Below are positions 13,761 to 27,868 of a stretch of DNA of 64,000 nucleotides, piece after piece (the stretch's first letter is position 1; the number at the start of each line of letters is the position of its first letter). The notes below the pieces were generated by a model, which was not told where the DNA came from, did no database searches, and saw nothing but the letters and a program-made list of their open reading frames with translations. Source of the stretch: Octopus vulgaris (lineage: Eukaryota); assembly GCA_951406725.2 (NCBI GenBank), contig OX597822.1, positions 15,066,001-15,130,000 of the forward strand. Direction: 5' to 3'. The position numbers and the translations under genes were made by a program.

Positions 13761-14329
13761 TGTCAAAAAGACTTGATCCCTAGAAAAGACAGGCGAAGGT
13801 ATAAGTCCCTCTTCTTCAACCTTTCACTGCAATTTCACTTTGTTCATAATCATTGCAAACACCAGAGTCTCAAGATTTTGCCGGTTATATATAATGCTAC
13901 ATATATCTTCATAAATTCTCTTGTTCCTTATATATTTATGGAAACTGTGATAGTCATTTGAATCATAAAAAGACATTATCTACTAACGAGCCTTCTCTTA
14001 CGATTATCGTTGCATAATATCATCATAATCATAGTAAAATCCAGTAGAAAGGATATTATTTTTAACGGAGTCACTATATCAAACGTTTAACCGGTAACCT
14101 ATGAGTTTCCTTCAGTTTTGACGTCAATGCCTTTAGTGTTTCTATATTTGCGATATATATCTACAGCTAATAATGCAAGAAAATCTTTGCCTGTTTTATT
14201 ATCCATCTGCATTCTTAGGAGTTAGTATTAAAGTTAATTTTTAATTGATTTCTCACTTGAGTCGTCATTTAAACCTTCAAATATATCTTTCAGAAAATAT
14301 GCTTCATTTGATATTTAGATAATATCTCT

Positions 14330-14900
14330 ATTTGATTCTTGTTTAGTGCACATTTATTTGTCAGTGCACGTTTCTAGCATCGTGTAGTCATTTATTAAAC
14401 CTTCCCATACGTTCTTTGTATTTTCTGAGATTCATTTTCTAAAGAAAAGATGATTTATTACAATTTTAAATTACAGCTATATTAGGATCTCTTTGTATCA
14501 AAGGAACACTTTAACAAAAATTTCCTTGGAGAAAACTTGGAGTAGCAAAGGGCCAATTAATTTGCTTAAAGATTACTTGAATAGCAGCCGAAAGCATTGT
14601 AGCATCATCTGAGGTGATTAGTTTAGTAGTTTTTGTATTGTGAAGCTTCTTATAAGATATATTCGTGTAAAAGACAGCTGTTTTTAGTCCAAGTATTTAG
14701 GAAGAGGTATTTGCCATTCTATTTGTGAACAAAAATATTGTAGAGTCTGCAATGATGTAAGAGAAATTACTTTCATACTATTTACAGTAGTCGTGTAGGA
14801 GTTACTAAGGTGGGATCTGCAGATCTGTGGGGTGCCGTGAGCGGAGTTCAAAGTCACAATGACGTCATAGATTCTCTGTTGGAATTTCCAATCAGTTGAA
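14330..14900 (-). mobile_element. Very decayed hAT (Ac/ZBED-like) transposase remnant
   Basis: Pieces TDL...SY.T, ITSDDATMLSAA and YTMLE occur in the order of the hAT motifs TTDxW, TDNASNM and RWNSTYxMLE. Confidence 0.3.
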
Positions 14901-14969
14901 AGAGAATCTTGGCACACAATAGTAAGGGAAGTTTATATGTGCATGCATACATACAAAATACATACAAAC

Positions 14970-15025
<56 letters not shown>

Positions 15026-15145
15026 TCATATATATATAAAGGGTGAATACTTGATAAGTGTAAGCACCTGTATATGCCAGCTAGTAGCAGAGGTGAGAGG
15101 GCATATGCATCAAATGAAATAAAAAAACAGAACACAAAGGATGTC

Positions 15146-15237
15146 GCAGTACACGTGTTTCAAGCTATATACAACAACCTATTCTTACATCAATGTATAA
15201 TCGACATAACAAATGGTTTAAAGCTCGCTTCAGCCGC
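15146..15237 (-). ncRNA. Type-I hammerhead ribozyme-like motif with extended stem II
   Basis: GCGG-CUGAAGC-GAGCUUU...AUAGCUU-GAA-ACACGUGU-A-CUGC. Stem III is palindromic; A9 is mutated to C. Confidence 0.7.
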
Positions 15238-15440
15238 ATACAATTGCTATACCAAATTCGTCCATACTGTATGGACGTATTTTCGAAGTCCAATAATACC
15301 CTACACACCTATTTGATTATGAAGATTTACAAACATACTTTCTCGGTGAAATTCAATATACCCACCATTATAGATAATACCAAATGTACATTTTCGGATT
15401 TTTCATAATGTGATGTAAGTCTTTGGTACAGCAATTGCAT

Positions 15441-15532
15441 GCGGCTGAAGAGAGCTTTAAACCATCTGTTATGTCGATTATACATTGATGTAAGAATAGG
15501 TTGTTTTATAAAGCTTGAAAAACATGTACCGC
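15441..15532 (+). ncRNA. Type-I hammerhead ribozyme-like motif with extended stem II
   Basis: GCGG-CUGAAGA-GAGCUUU...AAAGCUU-GAA-AAACAUGU-A-CCGC, with stem I GCGG/CCGC. Confidence 0.75.
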
Positions 15533-15567
15533 AACATCCTGTGTGTTCTGTTTTTTATTTCATTTGA

Positions 15568-15624
<57 letters not shown>

Positions 15625-16499
15625 ATACATATACACATACACACACGCATATTTGCAAAACAAGATAGAATAAACAGATTTTAATGTGAATCACAACAAT
15701 TGTTTCTGTGCATTAACATCAGCTAATAATTTATGAGTGTCTCACATATTTTAAATATTATTATATAACAATCTGCATATACATACATGTGAGAGAAAGA
15801 ATGAAAGAGAGAAACAGACAAGACAGAGGGTGTGTGTATTTGTGTGTGTGTTTTCTCACAACAAGCCAGGCTATCTGAGAGGAAGACGGTGTCTTGTGCT
15901 GCTGGGTTTTCGATAATATAAAATACATGTTGAAATGTTTTTGCATTTGAAACACCTGTGGAGATTTCTGAAGTCTACCGGCCTTATCCGTTGTATTAAT
16001 TTCATTATGCAGTGCACGTTCTTTGGCAGCAAACAAAGTTCCCAACGAATCCATTATAATAATACAATGATACTAAATCACCTATTATTTTATTGAATAC
16101 TTACGTCTCATGAATCGCTTTAGAGATCTCCTTTCATCATATAAGCGGCAAACATACGATAAAGTTGTATGAGGTTTTTAGATGCAAACGGTAGTATGTA
16201 CAATTAACTTTCCTCTGAATACAATCAAACTGATGCTGGTTCTCAGACATATACTCCTGTGTTTCATCACCATTTCTCAGTAGGTTTCTTCGATTTTCTG
16301 ATTATTTATAGGTATTTATAGGTATTTTGCATTATACCACCAACTAAATACAAGTCTTTAAAACTGCGAGAGCATCAACTGCCTGATGTGAAATCTTTTT
16401 ATAAAGTTATCTTTCGTTTAGATTGATACAAACTTTTCAGATTCTTACTGGCGTTGCAGGGACTCAATTTAAATTAATTCTTAACATTCACTGAGATAT

Positions 16500-17740
16500 G
16501 TTAACCCAGCTTTGTGATACCATAAACCTGAGAGAAACTAATCATTTAAAAAACTTTTGTATGAAATAAAACCAAATGTTTCACAAATGTTTTCTCAAGA
16601 ATTCAAGTTTCAACATTGAAATGAAATCGCCTGGAAGCAGTTTGTCGAGAAAATACAAGTTTTCTAAATTTTCATTCCAGTTGTCATTGAAGTCATGAAC
16701 CCTTTGGTGAGCCTGAGAAATATAATGGCAATAATACCGTTCGATGGTAACATTATTTTTCCGCCCTTTTGCCTTGCACTGATGCTTGCACTATTATGTA
16801 ACTGATGCACCAACTCACGATATTGCTCTACATTCATCGACTGCTGTTAGTTGTTACTTTCCAGCTGCAAATTTGATTCAATTGCTCGTTGATGGAAGAG
16901 TTATTTACCGTGCTTATTTCGGATAGATGACCCTCTACAAAACCCTATCCGTGAGGCATTATGTCACACCAAAATAGTTTTCCAATAAATATTTGCTCCG
17001 TTATCGGAAAGTATTTGTAATTGTCAAACTTATTCGTAAAAAGGAGGAAATAAAGCTGCGTGTGCCACAGAATCCAATTTTAGCCCTAAAATATTTACAC
17101 TTATTATTTGCGAATTTGGGGATACACGTCGAATTTCTTATCAAAATGAGGATCTCCTTTAGACTTTCAGTATACTTTATTGTAACCATTGCAGCCGAGT
17201 TATATTGCCTTCTGTCCAAGTCTAAGGTCTCTGTTAAATGTTACATTCACTGTTGTAACAGAAAGTCATTCATTGAAAGGTTTCAAAAGTCCTCTTGAGT
17301 AACTGAATGTAAATTTTCCATGATACTAGGAATGCACCTTTTATTAATAGGTTTTTAGTCGCAATTTCACTTCGATTCAGTGAAACAAACAACCAGCAAT
17401 GGAGCGAAGTATTTATATCGAAAGTCCATGCATGTGCAATGTCCTGTGGTATGTTTGACAGTCTACTCTGAAACAGAAATTATTCCTTTCATTCAACTTA
17501 TAAGGGCTCCAATTGAGACACAAGTTAATGACAAATTGTATGACATTATAGATTATATGATGCTTAGATGATAAGAATTCTAAGGACCACATTACGACAT
17601 GTTGAATAAGGAGGAATATACATTTATCCACAGTAATGTGGTTCAAAACAAATTTCATATTATTGCGCTTTTATTAAATATTCTAATTTTTTCTTCAGTT
17701 CTTCATGAGATTAATGTCATGTCTGCCATTCTTAAGTGTA
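16500..17740 (-). mobile_element. Decayed hAT (Charlie/SPIN/GTF2IRD2-like) transposase remnant
   Basis: EEKIRIFNK...DKCIFLL...SYHL.HH resembles the Charlie-type N-terminal BED-like region (ENR.F..W...VCLLC...KEYNLKRHY). SAAMV downstream resembles DGAPAM. The lower boundary is uncertain. Confidence 0.4.
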
Positions 17741-19029
17741 TCTCATCAGCAGTATTTTGTAAGCTCTTAGTTTCCCATCCCCCCCCGTTTCCCCCCTCAT
17801 TTAATTAGCTTATTTATAATTATGGCGTTGACGCCTCATTCATTCTTGATTGCTTTATTATTGTCCTCTTTCGTTCTTGTTAGCCACTAGAATATCGTTA
17901 TTTATTTATTCATCTTCATTTTTTCCTAATCGTTTTTCAGATGTCTTCTTAGTTGTTCCTCGGCTAACAGTTGCTTTGTAAAAGTGTCTCCATAATAAAT
18001 GAATTAGAAATCGAAACACAAATCACTTTTTGCTTTGTCCTACAAGAAATTGTTAAATATATATAATACATAAGTAACATCAAAATGACATTATAACATG
18101 ACACAATATAATAACATTGATAGACAAACAAAATAATATTGTTTTTTCCTACGGTCTGTTGATTATGTGTCAAGTCAACTTTAGGTTAGTTTTGAAGTTG
18201 AAAGAAATAAATTGGTAGTTCATAGAAACCCGCTGTTCAAAAAGAGTTGAGTTTTGTTCGTGAATTGTTAGGTTCTTATATAAATGTGTGAACGTTTTGA
18301 TGTGTTCTCTGTGTTGTGTTAAAATGAAAGAAATACCTATTTCAATAAATAATTGATAGTTGCCGTAATAATGTCAGTATTTAACGTAGCTTGTCTTGAA
18401 TCGGTAGCTTGAGATAGCCTAAGGAATTTCGTTTCTTGCGAGACATTAGAAGAATCTCTCCATAGCTGTGTAGAAGATTGTTCATTTTGATGTGCCGGAA
18501 ATTCTCTCAGCAGAAGATTGGTAATTGTTGTTAAATGTTATACTGAAAAGCATGTGAGACAAATAGCAACACAGAGATAGTGGAGAAGACAGATGAAAAA
18601 TAGATATATAGATACGGAATGAAGAGAAAGACAAGGCGAACAACTAGCTGTACGGGGTCGAGGAGAGACGGGTTTAGAGCGATGAAAATTTATAGCGTAC
18701 GGTCAAAAGTGACTGTAAATTATTCTAAAGAAATTTGCTATAGACATTTATTTTGTAGTTGGATGCAAGTTAGTTTTCTTTGGAAAGAGTTCTAAGACTT
18801 GGTTAAATTGGTAAAGATTTAGTTTATCTACATTTTTGATAGCATCAGCTGTGAGCAGTGTGCGTTGTCTTATGTTGTCTTTAGTTGTGGCGAGCAGAAT
18901 GAAAGACTAACAAATAAATTCTTCTGTCTCTCTATCATGGTTCTATTATTTTATTCAAAGTTTATTCAAAGATTTTAAAACATAAAATACAGTTATATAA
19001 CGTGTGTTCTCCTTATTCTTATATTTGTT

Positions 19030-19458
19030 TCAGCTGTTACTCTGCGGCTATGCTGGAGCAAAGCCTTGAAGAAATTTTCGAGAATGAATCAACACTAGTA
19101 TTAAATGTTAAAGCCTTATAATCACTCTTTCAGTTTGTTGTGCCGAACCGCTAAGTTACGGATACGTAAACACACAAACACCGGTTGTCAAACGTTGATG
19201 GAGGACAAACATAGAAACAAAAATACACACACAGACAAACACACACATATATAATTAGATACTGGTGCTCCAGTATGGACGCAGTCTGATGAGTAAAACT
19301 AGTAAAAAGTAAAACTTATACGATGGGCTTCCTTCAATTTCCGTCAACCAAATCCACTCGCAAAGCATTGGTCAGCCCGAGGCAATAGTTAAAGACACTT
19401 GCCCAAGGTACCACGGAGCGGGACTGAACCCGGAGTCATGTGGTTGGCATATAAACTT
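19030..19458 (-). mobile_element. SINE family A, diverged, with an opposite-strand tail fragment at ~19263-19315
   Basis: Reverse-complement similarity to 53591-54016. Confidence 0.75.
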
Positions 19459-20419
19459 CTTATTACATTCTTATTACATTTTAAATTTACGATTAATGCC
19501 AAGAATGTTCTTTTTTTATATAAATAATTGTAACATGAGAAAAGTAAACTAAATTGAGCAGAGAAATATACCCAACACATTGCGATATTTCGCCATATTT
19601 GTTTTCGTACTGAGTTCTTATTTTCTGAAATTAATACTGCATCTTTTCTTTTAGTTTTAAATTATTAGGATGGATAAAATATTCCCACTTTAAGTGAAGT
19701 GGAATGCTATAAGTGAATGGTACATCCAAATATGATATTTCATTGTTTCTAAATTACTTTTGCGTCGTGATTATTGAAGCTTTTATGTTGTAGAAAAACT
19801 GTACAATTTTTCATTAAGATGAAATATTGATTTATTTCTATGAAACAAAACTGGTGAGATTATCAGATGAGAAAATCCCTCTGGCTTTTGAAATATAGAT
19901 CCTTAGATTAGATTTACGTTTCCTGCAAGTCCAAACATTATTGTTTTCAGTTGTTTCGTCGTATCTTATTTATATAATCTTGTCAAAGCACAAGAGGATA
20001 TTTGTTCCGTTTCTTTATATATATATATCAAAGCGTAAGAAACATTCATTAGTAGTTATATAACACTTTAAAATATCCGAACTTAAAACAAATATAAGAT
20101 ATAAAATGGCCTTTCTAAACATCAGTACCGTTTCGACCTATTTTGTTTCCTTGAGAAGAAAGTTTAATTTAATAACTCGCTGTTGAACAATATCACAGTA
20201 TAACATTCTGTTAACAGTTTTGAATTATTTTGATAATGTCTCCAGGAAATGAACGAAAACCAATAAATTTCATTAATACTCCACGGAAGTTGAAAGGTAT
20301 GGATGTGTGGTAAGACGATCGCTTGGTAACTGCTTTGATTCAGGTACAGCCACGTTGCGGGGCACTTAGGGAAAATGGTTTACGAATGAATTTGGTAGAC
20401 GTAAACTTTGTAGAAGCTC

Positions 20420-21194
20420 GTGGAATTTCGTGATATTATTTTATTCACCTAGTTCCACATGTTTACACTTTTGTCACCTTCAAAGTATTCTCCATTTGAA
20501 GCAAAGCATCAGTCCAGACGAGTTTTTCACTGTTCAAAGCAGTGCTGGGACCCATCTGAAGTGATACCTTTTAACGGCTCCGTCGTTTTAATTGGGAGGG
20601 TTGGTAAGCGGGGTCATGCTATTTTTGGTCAAAAACTTGTTTTACACTTCCATGAGCAGGCGAGGTGCAAATTTAGCTGCAAATCTTTTTATTCGCAATT
20701 CCTCGCTAAAAATTTATTGACAAAAGCTCTAGGACACCTCAGTCACATAAGCAAGTTCGTCAAATATTCGGTGACGGTCCTCCAAAATTAGTTCGTGAAT
20801 TTTCGTGATGTTTTCATTCGTTTAGGAGGTCATCGATAACCCTGAACGAGGTTGGTATTCAAGCGAAAAAGTAACCCTTTCTAAAGCGTGAAAACCCGTT
20901 GTAAACTGGTATTTTGCTCATGACAGCGTTCTTGTAAGCTTTTTGAAGATTGACAACTCTTTCAGCCACCGTTTTCCCCAAATAGAAAGCAGAATTTCAC
21001 GGAGGAACACGGTTCCCTCGTTTCAGCCATTGCAAAAATCGACGAAGAAGGAAGGAGCACTGTAAAACAAAGAGACACCATGTGGCAGTACGACCCCAAA
21101 CGAAAACGCTGGTTGGCAGACAAATGCCTGAGGATCGTATTAAGTGGCTTCTCGCGGTAGGAGATTTCCGGTTACTTTGGGTACCTCCTCGAAT
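20420..21194 (-). mobile_element. Internally deleted, decayed mariner element
   Basis: N-terminus VKFCF..GKT.AE...LQKAYKNAVMSK..VY..FSRF; C-terminus CFASNGEYFEGDK. TIR-like CGAGGAGGTACCCAAAGTAACCGGAAA at the right end. Confidence 0.75.
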
Positions 21195-22290
21195 GTACAC
21201 GCGGTCTGATCAATAAGTATCCAGACTGGTGTTAGAAAATCAAAACTACAACACGTATCAATTTGGCAGTTAATCTCCTTGAAAGTAGCCACACATTTAA
21301 TCCAGTGCTGTTTTTTATTGATGGAAGCATTCTTGGAATTCGTTTTCTAGGATAATCAGCAGCTGCCTCATTGCATTTCAAGCGGGCTTTGATTTTTGGA
21401 ACAAGGAAAAGTCGCAAGGGAAGAGATCTGGGGAATACGGTGGCTCTCGGACCTGGGGAATGCTATATGTTTCTTTATTACCCTCAAGGGGCTAAACATA
21501 GAGGGGACAAACAAGGACAGACTAACGGATTAAGTCGATTACATCGACCCCAGTGCGTAACTGGTACTTAATTCACCGACCCCGAAAGGATGAAAGGCAA
21601 AGTCAACCTCGGCGGAATTTGAACTCAGAACGAAACGGCAGACGAAATACGGCTACGTATTTCGCCCGGCGTGCTAACGGTTCTGCCAGCTCGCCGCCCT
21701 CGGGAATGCTATAGTTAACCAGAAACTGCTGCACAAGCTGAGCTAAATGGGCAGGAGCGTTGTGCGTTGTCAGCTGAAAACAGTTTGTGCAGAAACGTGG
21801 CAGACACGCATCTCATACCCAAATCTTCAGTCATAATGGAGTAAACTGAACCGTAACTAATCTGCATATCCTCTGATAACTCACAAATGGTGATGAGACG
21901 ATTTCCCCTCACAGCTGCACACACATCGTCGATGTTTTTCACAGTTCTATTGGTTGCGGGTCTCTCAGAACGTTCATCACTATCGACATGTTCTCGTCTC
22001 ATACACTCCTCCCCATACAACTTTCTGCAACATTGCGCCGGCCTCTGAGCAGGGATTGCCAACCTTTTGGCAAAATCTGATGCAGATTCATGTTCAATGC
22101 GACAATCACGCGCTACACACGTTCCTTCCAAGCACTGCTGTAAACAGCGGAAGTGAGTTAGAATGTTAAATCTTAGTGTGCATGCACAGCAGAGTTTAAG
22201 GTCAATCATTGCCAAGCGGCTTCACTCTGCGTGCTTTAGCTTTGTTACTAAGGCAACAGTCCGAATGCTTATTGACCATACAACATATAT
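21195..22290 (-). mobile_element. Decayed mariner element interrupted by a SINE
   Basis: TIR pair GTCTGATCAATAAGTATCCAGACTG and CAGTCCGAATGCTTATTGACCATAC. Translation DSDERSERPAT...VRGNRLITICELSEDMQISYGSVYSIMTEDLGMRCVSATFLHKL is the second HTH plus the WVP-region equivalent. Confidence 0.8.
21468..21701 (-). mobile_element. SINE family B, complete, with 12-bp target-site duplication
   Basis: GGGAATGCTATA at 21456-21467 and at 21702-21713 flanks the SINE. Confidence 0.9.
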
Positions 22291-24084
22291 ACATATGTTA
22301 GTATGTGTTTTTGTGTTAGTGCATTCTGCCCATACCACTTGACAACAAGTGTTGGTTTTTTGAAGTCCATGTAACGTAGAATTTCACGAAAACGATCGAT
22401 AGAATAAGCGCTAGTCTGGGGAACCACCGTTTTAAGGCAGCGTCTCAGCACGGCCACAGTCCAAAGAATGAAACAAGAAAAGACAGATTCTGTCACCCAT
22501 TGTTGGATATTCTGAACACCACATTATAAAGTAAATTTGATATACTTTTGATACGTTTAAAAGTTTATAATATAAATATTTGAAAACTACATCAATCACA
22601 CGCGTATACTTACAAAGTACACACTTTGGTTATGAGAAGAAAAGCTGTTCTTTTATATTAATACGAAATCATTCTGATGTGGTAATTGTCAGCTTAAAAC
22701 AAGATAGTTGAAAATGAAACAAGTGATTCACCGTGGTGATACAATCGTGAAAATCTTTGAATATAAGCACAGTCTCAATAGCTGGGTTTCCTTAGCAGCC
22801 ACTTTTGACATTAACCACTAGTCTTGATATTTCTTTTATGATATATTCAAATATATTTTCAATAAGATTTATACATTTTTTAACATTTTCAAATACTTCG
22901 CCGTCTTTCATTATACATATATTCATTCACACACGCACACATATTAACACGCATCTATCACACATATGCTTCTCTCTCTCTCTCTCTCTCTTTCTCTCTT
23001 TTTCACACGTAAACACAGACATACACACACAGAGGCATGTACATATAGACTCACATCACACAGGCATACGCTAACACAAATATGTATGTATATTTGTAAA
23101 TTAATAAAATCTTCAAAATAAAAAAAAATATCGTTAGACAAAATAAATATTCGATAGTTATAAAGTATAAAGTTAAGATATATAAAAAGAAGCAAATATC
23201 AAAATGACTTTTATTGCCTTTGTTTCAACGCTCATTTGCTTTTAGTGTGTTTCGTTGTCGACGTCCATAAGCTCGCAGAACATAGTGTACAGCAAGAATA
23301 TTTATATTTGCTATAGAAAAAGAAAACAACATCAGAAAAGTAATTAGTTCAGCGAAGCGTGTTTTCTTTCATTGAAATACATATCATATAGAATTAATGG
23401 ACCGTTAGTTTAGGAAAGAAAAAATAATAATCTGCTATTCTTGAGATATAATATTCAACACTTTTTGATTTCAGGTTTCTTTGCTAATTCCTTTTCCCAG
23501 CTGCATATATTCTGATTTATTTGTGATGTAGCGGTTGCATTCCAAGCGTATTATCTATACCATTCCAATTTTCTATGGCCCAGGTACACTTCCCCAACGA
23601 AAATTAGGGTCGCTAGGTATGGAAGCATAAGACGTAAAATATGAGCAATGAAGCATCATTTTGAAGTTCTACGATATTGTTTATATAAACGATCGAAGGC
23701 CACCGTTTAACAAATTCAAATCGTATGTCGAATATACGTTTCTGTTCTTATAATAGATGTTAACATTTAGTCTAGGGTCAGCTTTAAATGAGCTGATTCA
23801 TGATTGAAACTATTCTTATTCCAGCCTGGACCAATATATAAAAAATAAAAACTGGTAGGACTGTACCATCCATAATGATCTTCGATTACTGTGTAAATAG
23901 TAGGTTGTGATTTGATGCAGAACTGATTGCCAATCAGATGTCATTAATTAGACCATCATGAATTTTGATGAAAATTGACTGAGGAAAATATAAATTTGCG
24001 ATGTACTACCACAAAATATATATTGGAAGAAATGCGTGCAATAGACTAAAATACATACCTATGTGCATACGCATACACACGGTC

Positions 24085-24151
<67 letters not shown>

Positions 24152-25440
24152 CGAGGGGCGTTCAATAAGTAATGCCCCTGACCCACTTCCCATAGCAGTA
24201 GAGCAACGAAACTTGGCACAGTTATTAGTCTTTTTCTACATAAGAACCACCCAGAGTTACGCATTTCTCCCATTGTTTGATGCAGCTCTGGAGACCGTTT
24301 TTGTAGAAGACCCCAGCTCGGCCTCCAACCTAAACGTGACTTCAGAAATCAAGGCTGCATCATCTGGGAAACGCTTTGCTTTCAAAAACAACTTCATGAC
24401 TGGGGAGAGGTGAAAATCAGAGGGTGCAAGGTCAGGAAAGTAGGGGGATGGGGGAGGAGTTCAGAGCCGCACGCCTGTGCTTCTGATCTGGCGACAAGCG
24501 AGTTGTGGACCGGAGCGTTGTCCTGCAGGAGGAGGATGCCTTTGCTGATCTTGCCCCGCCTCTTGATTTTGAGAACTTCTCTTAATTTCCTCAAAAGTGA
24601 AGCATAATAAGCTCCTGCAATTGTGGTACCCTTTGCCAGGATATTTGTCATCACTACTCCGTCCTGGTCCCAGAAGACTGTGAGCATGACCTAGCCAGCG
24701 GAGGGCTGCACCCTTGCCTTCTTTGGAGGGGGTGAGTCACGGTGCTTCCACTGCATTGACTGGGCTTTGGTCTCTGGATCTTCGTGATGGACCCAGGTTT
24801 AATCCTGTGTAATCAGTCTTTAGAAAAATTTTGACTCATCTTCTTGGCACATCTCCAAATTCACCCTCGAGCACTCGACGCGTTCTTGCTTCTGGAAAGG
24901 CGTGATCAACCTGGGAATCCATCTGGCAGACACCTTTTGCATATGTAAATGGTCATGAATGATAGTTTCCACAGACCCAGTACTAATCTTGACCTCATGG
25001 GCTATTTGGCGAATAATTATGCGTCGATCTTCCAAAATGGCAGCCTCAACTTGACGGATAGATGCCTCATCAATGACAGAAGGGGCGACCAGATCTGGGA
25101 GCTGTTTCCACAGAGTTCCGACCATGTTTGAATTCACGATGCCAGCGTTTTACAAGGTCATATGATGGGGCATCATCACCATAAGTTACTTTCATTTCAT
25201 CAAAAGTCTCCCGTGGTGAGCGTCCTTTCAAATACAAAAACCGGATCACTGCTCGACACTCAACAGGCTCCATTTCACACTTGACTTGGTTCAAACACCT
25301 GTAAATCAGACACCACAATTAATTCAGAGCTGTAATTTGCCACTTACTCTATAGAGATATAAATGATTGCACATGCAACATTTCAGCTAGATCAAACAAC
25401 TGCAAGTGGGTCAGAGGCATTACTTATTGAACGTCCTTCG
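24152..25440 (-). mobile_element. Full-length mariner (DD34D-type) transposon, ~1.29 kb, with TIRs, flanked by TA
   Basis: Left TIR CGAGGGGCGTTCAATAAGTAATGCCCCTGACCCACTT; right end AAGTGGGTCAGAGGCATTACTTATTGAACGTCCTTCG. Inserted in (TA)n. Confidence 0.95.
24225..25273 (-). pseudogene. Mariner transposase pseudogene (frameshifts and stops)
   Basis: MEPVECRAVIRFLYLKG...RWHREF, KVSARWIPRL, MLTVFWD, LLQDNAPVH, PHPP/PDLAPSDFHL and YVEKD* are split across three or more frames. Confidence 0.93.
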
Positions 25441-25819
25441 TATATATATATATACACACAAATATAGATAGATAGATAGATTTAGATGAATATGGTATTT
25501 AAGTTTAGGCACCAGAATTTAGTACGGTATTATCCATACAATTTCAAAGTAAAAATGATTAAAATCAAAATAAGCAACAAACATATACAGCGGTAATGCA
25601 GTACGATCGTTTCATGCAACCTCATTTAATTGAACAATGCAATCATTACATCAGTTTAAAATGCAGAGCCATACTCAGCTGCACAAAGACACAATTTAAT
25701 TTAAGTAAAACAGATGGATACATAAGTATAATAATACCTAAAATCTCCAAGAAGTTTAAGTGGCAAATATACTTCACGATATCGTGCAGCTACTGTCTAT
25801 GCCTCGCTCAGAGATTTTT

Positions 25820-26163
<344 letters not shown>

Positions 26164-27705
26164 CAAAATAATAAATAAAACATATGCATATATATATATA
26201 TACATATATGTGCGTACCTACATCTATATGTATATATACATGCATATATGGATACAGGACACCAAAAACACGTCGAACACAATGAGAAACGAAAACATAA
26301 AACCAAAACCAAGGAAATGGACATTTTTCTTAAACAACGCAAAAATAGAGTACAAGACATACAACACAATGAACATTCCCCTTCTTCAGCCGCCTCTGTT
26401 TCACCTACTCCGCATTTCGGCTGTTGAAATTCCAATGAAAGAGACTTGGATGTAGGTTAGAAACCGGCTCGTTCTCTATTGGCAATTAATCTTGAAAACA
26501 AAAAGGAATACTCATCAACTTAGCTCCCATTCTATATTTTATTCTTAAATATTTTTTCATTAAGCATCTTATTCTAAGTTTTCATTGTACAGGGTTTAAA
26601 AAACAATTTACCATCAAAACAATATATGTGTGTGAGTGTGTGAGTGTGTTCTATATATATGTATAGATATACATATATATAGTTGATATGTCTCTCAATA
26701 AATATTTAAAAATAACAAATTATATCTAAATTTTTATTCGCTAGACATAACGGATAATACATCGGTGCACAAATAATAAATATCTGTAAAATGGTGTTTG
26801 TACTGTAAATCGAGAAACAAGTATTTAAACTCTATTAACACAGAGTAGAATATTTGTGCCTAGAGTAAATTTGTTTTTCATTTTAACTGCAGCCATGTTT
26901 AAAACCTAAGCCCAAACATTTATAAGCATATGAGATGTGATGGTGTATGTGGTGTTAGAGAATAAATAATTTAATAGTCTAGAATTGGAGAGATTTTCAT
27001 TGAAGTAAATATAAATTTAAGCTAGGCTTATCTTCAGGAAGCTGGAGTCATGCATTCTTTATAAATTAAAAAGCGGAAGCTTCGAAGTCCCTATCACCTT
27101 GCTTCTTTTAACAGAGTAGTACACACATACTTCCCACCACTGGCACCACACATATATTACTTCTGTTTTTAGGTTCCAATTTTACGCTGATCTGATGGGT
27201 TACTCTATATACTTTTGTAGAGTACAAATTTGTTACTTAAATACAGGGGAAACAGTCAAATCATTGATAGAGATGTTGCCTCTTTAGTTTATATTTCCCA
27301 GCTTTTCAGAACCATATAACAACTGTTATCATGACCACATTCCAACCCTACATCCCTTGAGAATGTTGTAACTAGGTCAAGGCTCATTTTCCTCTCATGC
27401 ATATTCTTTGCATAAAGTTTCAAGTCATCCACAAAAAAACAAGTGTGGAATTTTGGTATTTTTGTTTCCTTGTGAACCTACGAGATAACACTCAGACGTC
27501 TTTATGCATATATATATGTATATGTGCGTACGTATTCGTGTGTGTGTTTTGTGTATGTATGTGTATTTTGTGTGTATGTGCGTGCATGCGAGCATGTGTA
27601 TGTATGCGTGCCTGTGTGTGTGTGTGTTTGGGTATGTGTGTGTATGTGTTTGGTTGTTTCTCCCCCCACCGCCTAACCTCACGTAGCCGCAGTCTGATGA
27701 CTGAA

Positions 27706-27868
27706 ATAATGGCTGTGTGGTAAGAAGCTTGCTTCCCAACCATAAGTCTCCAAGTTCAGTCACACAGTGTGGCGACCTGGGCTAGCATCCTGTACAATAG
27801 CCGCAGGCCGACTAAAGCCTTGTGAATGGATGTGGGAGACGGAAACTGAAAGAAGCCTGTCGTATAGC
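27706..27868 (+). mobile_element. SINE family A head half (tail half at ~28215-28370)
   Basis: TGGCTGTGTGGTAAGAAGCTTGC...GACGGAAACTGAAAGAAGCCTGTCG. Confidence 0.75.

Larger units (their letters stand above)
15103..15575. mobile_element. Non-coding element with ~155-bp inverted arms, each containing a hammerhead motif
   Basis: 15103-15256 is the imperfect reverse complement of 15422-15575. The right end abuts (TA)n. Confidence 0.85.

Noticed and set aside
23251-23263. TTCGTTGTCGACG resembles the 5' end of miR-981 as I recall it
   Set aside because: The similarity stops after 13 nt and no convincing precursor hairpin is visible.
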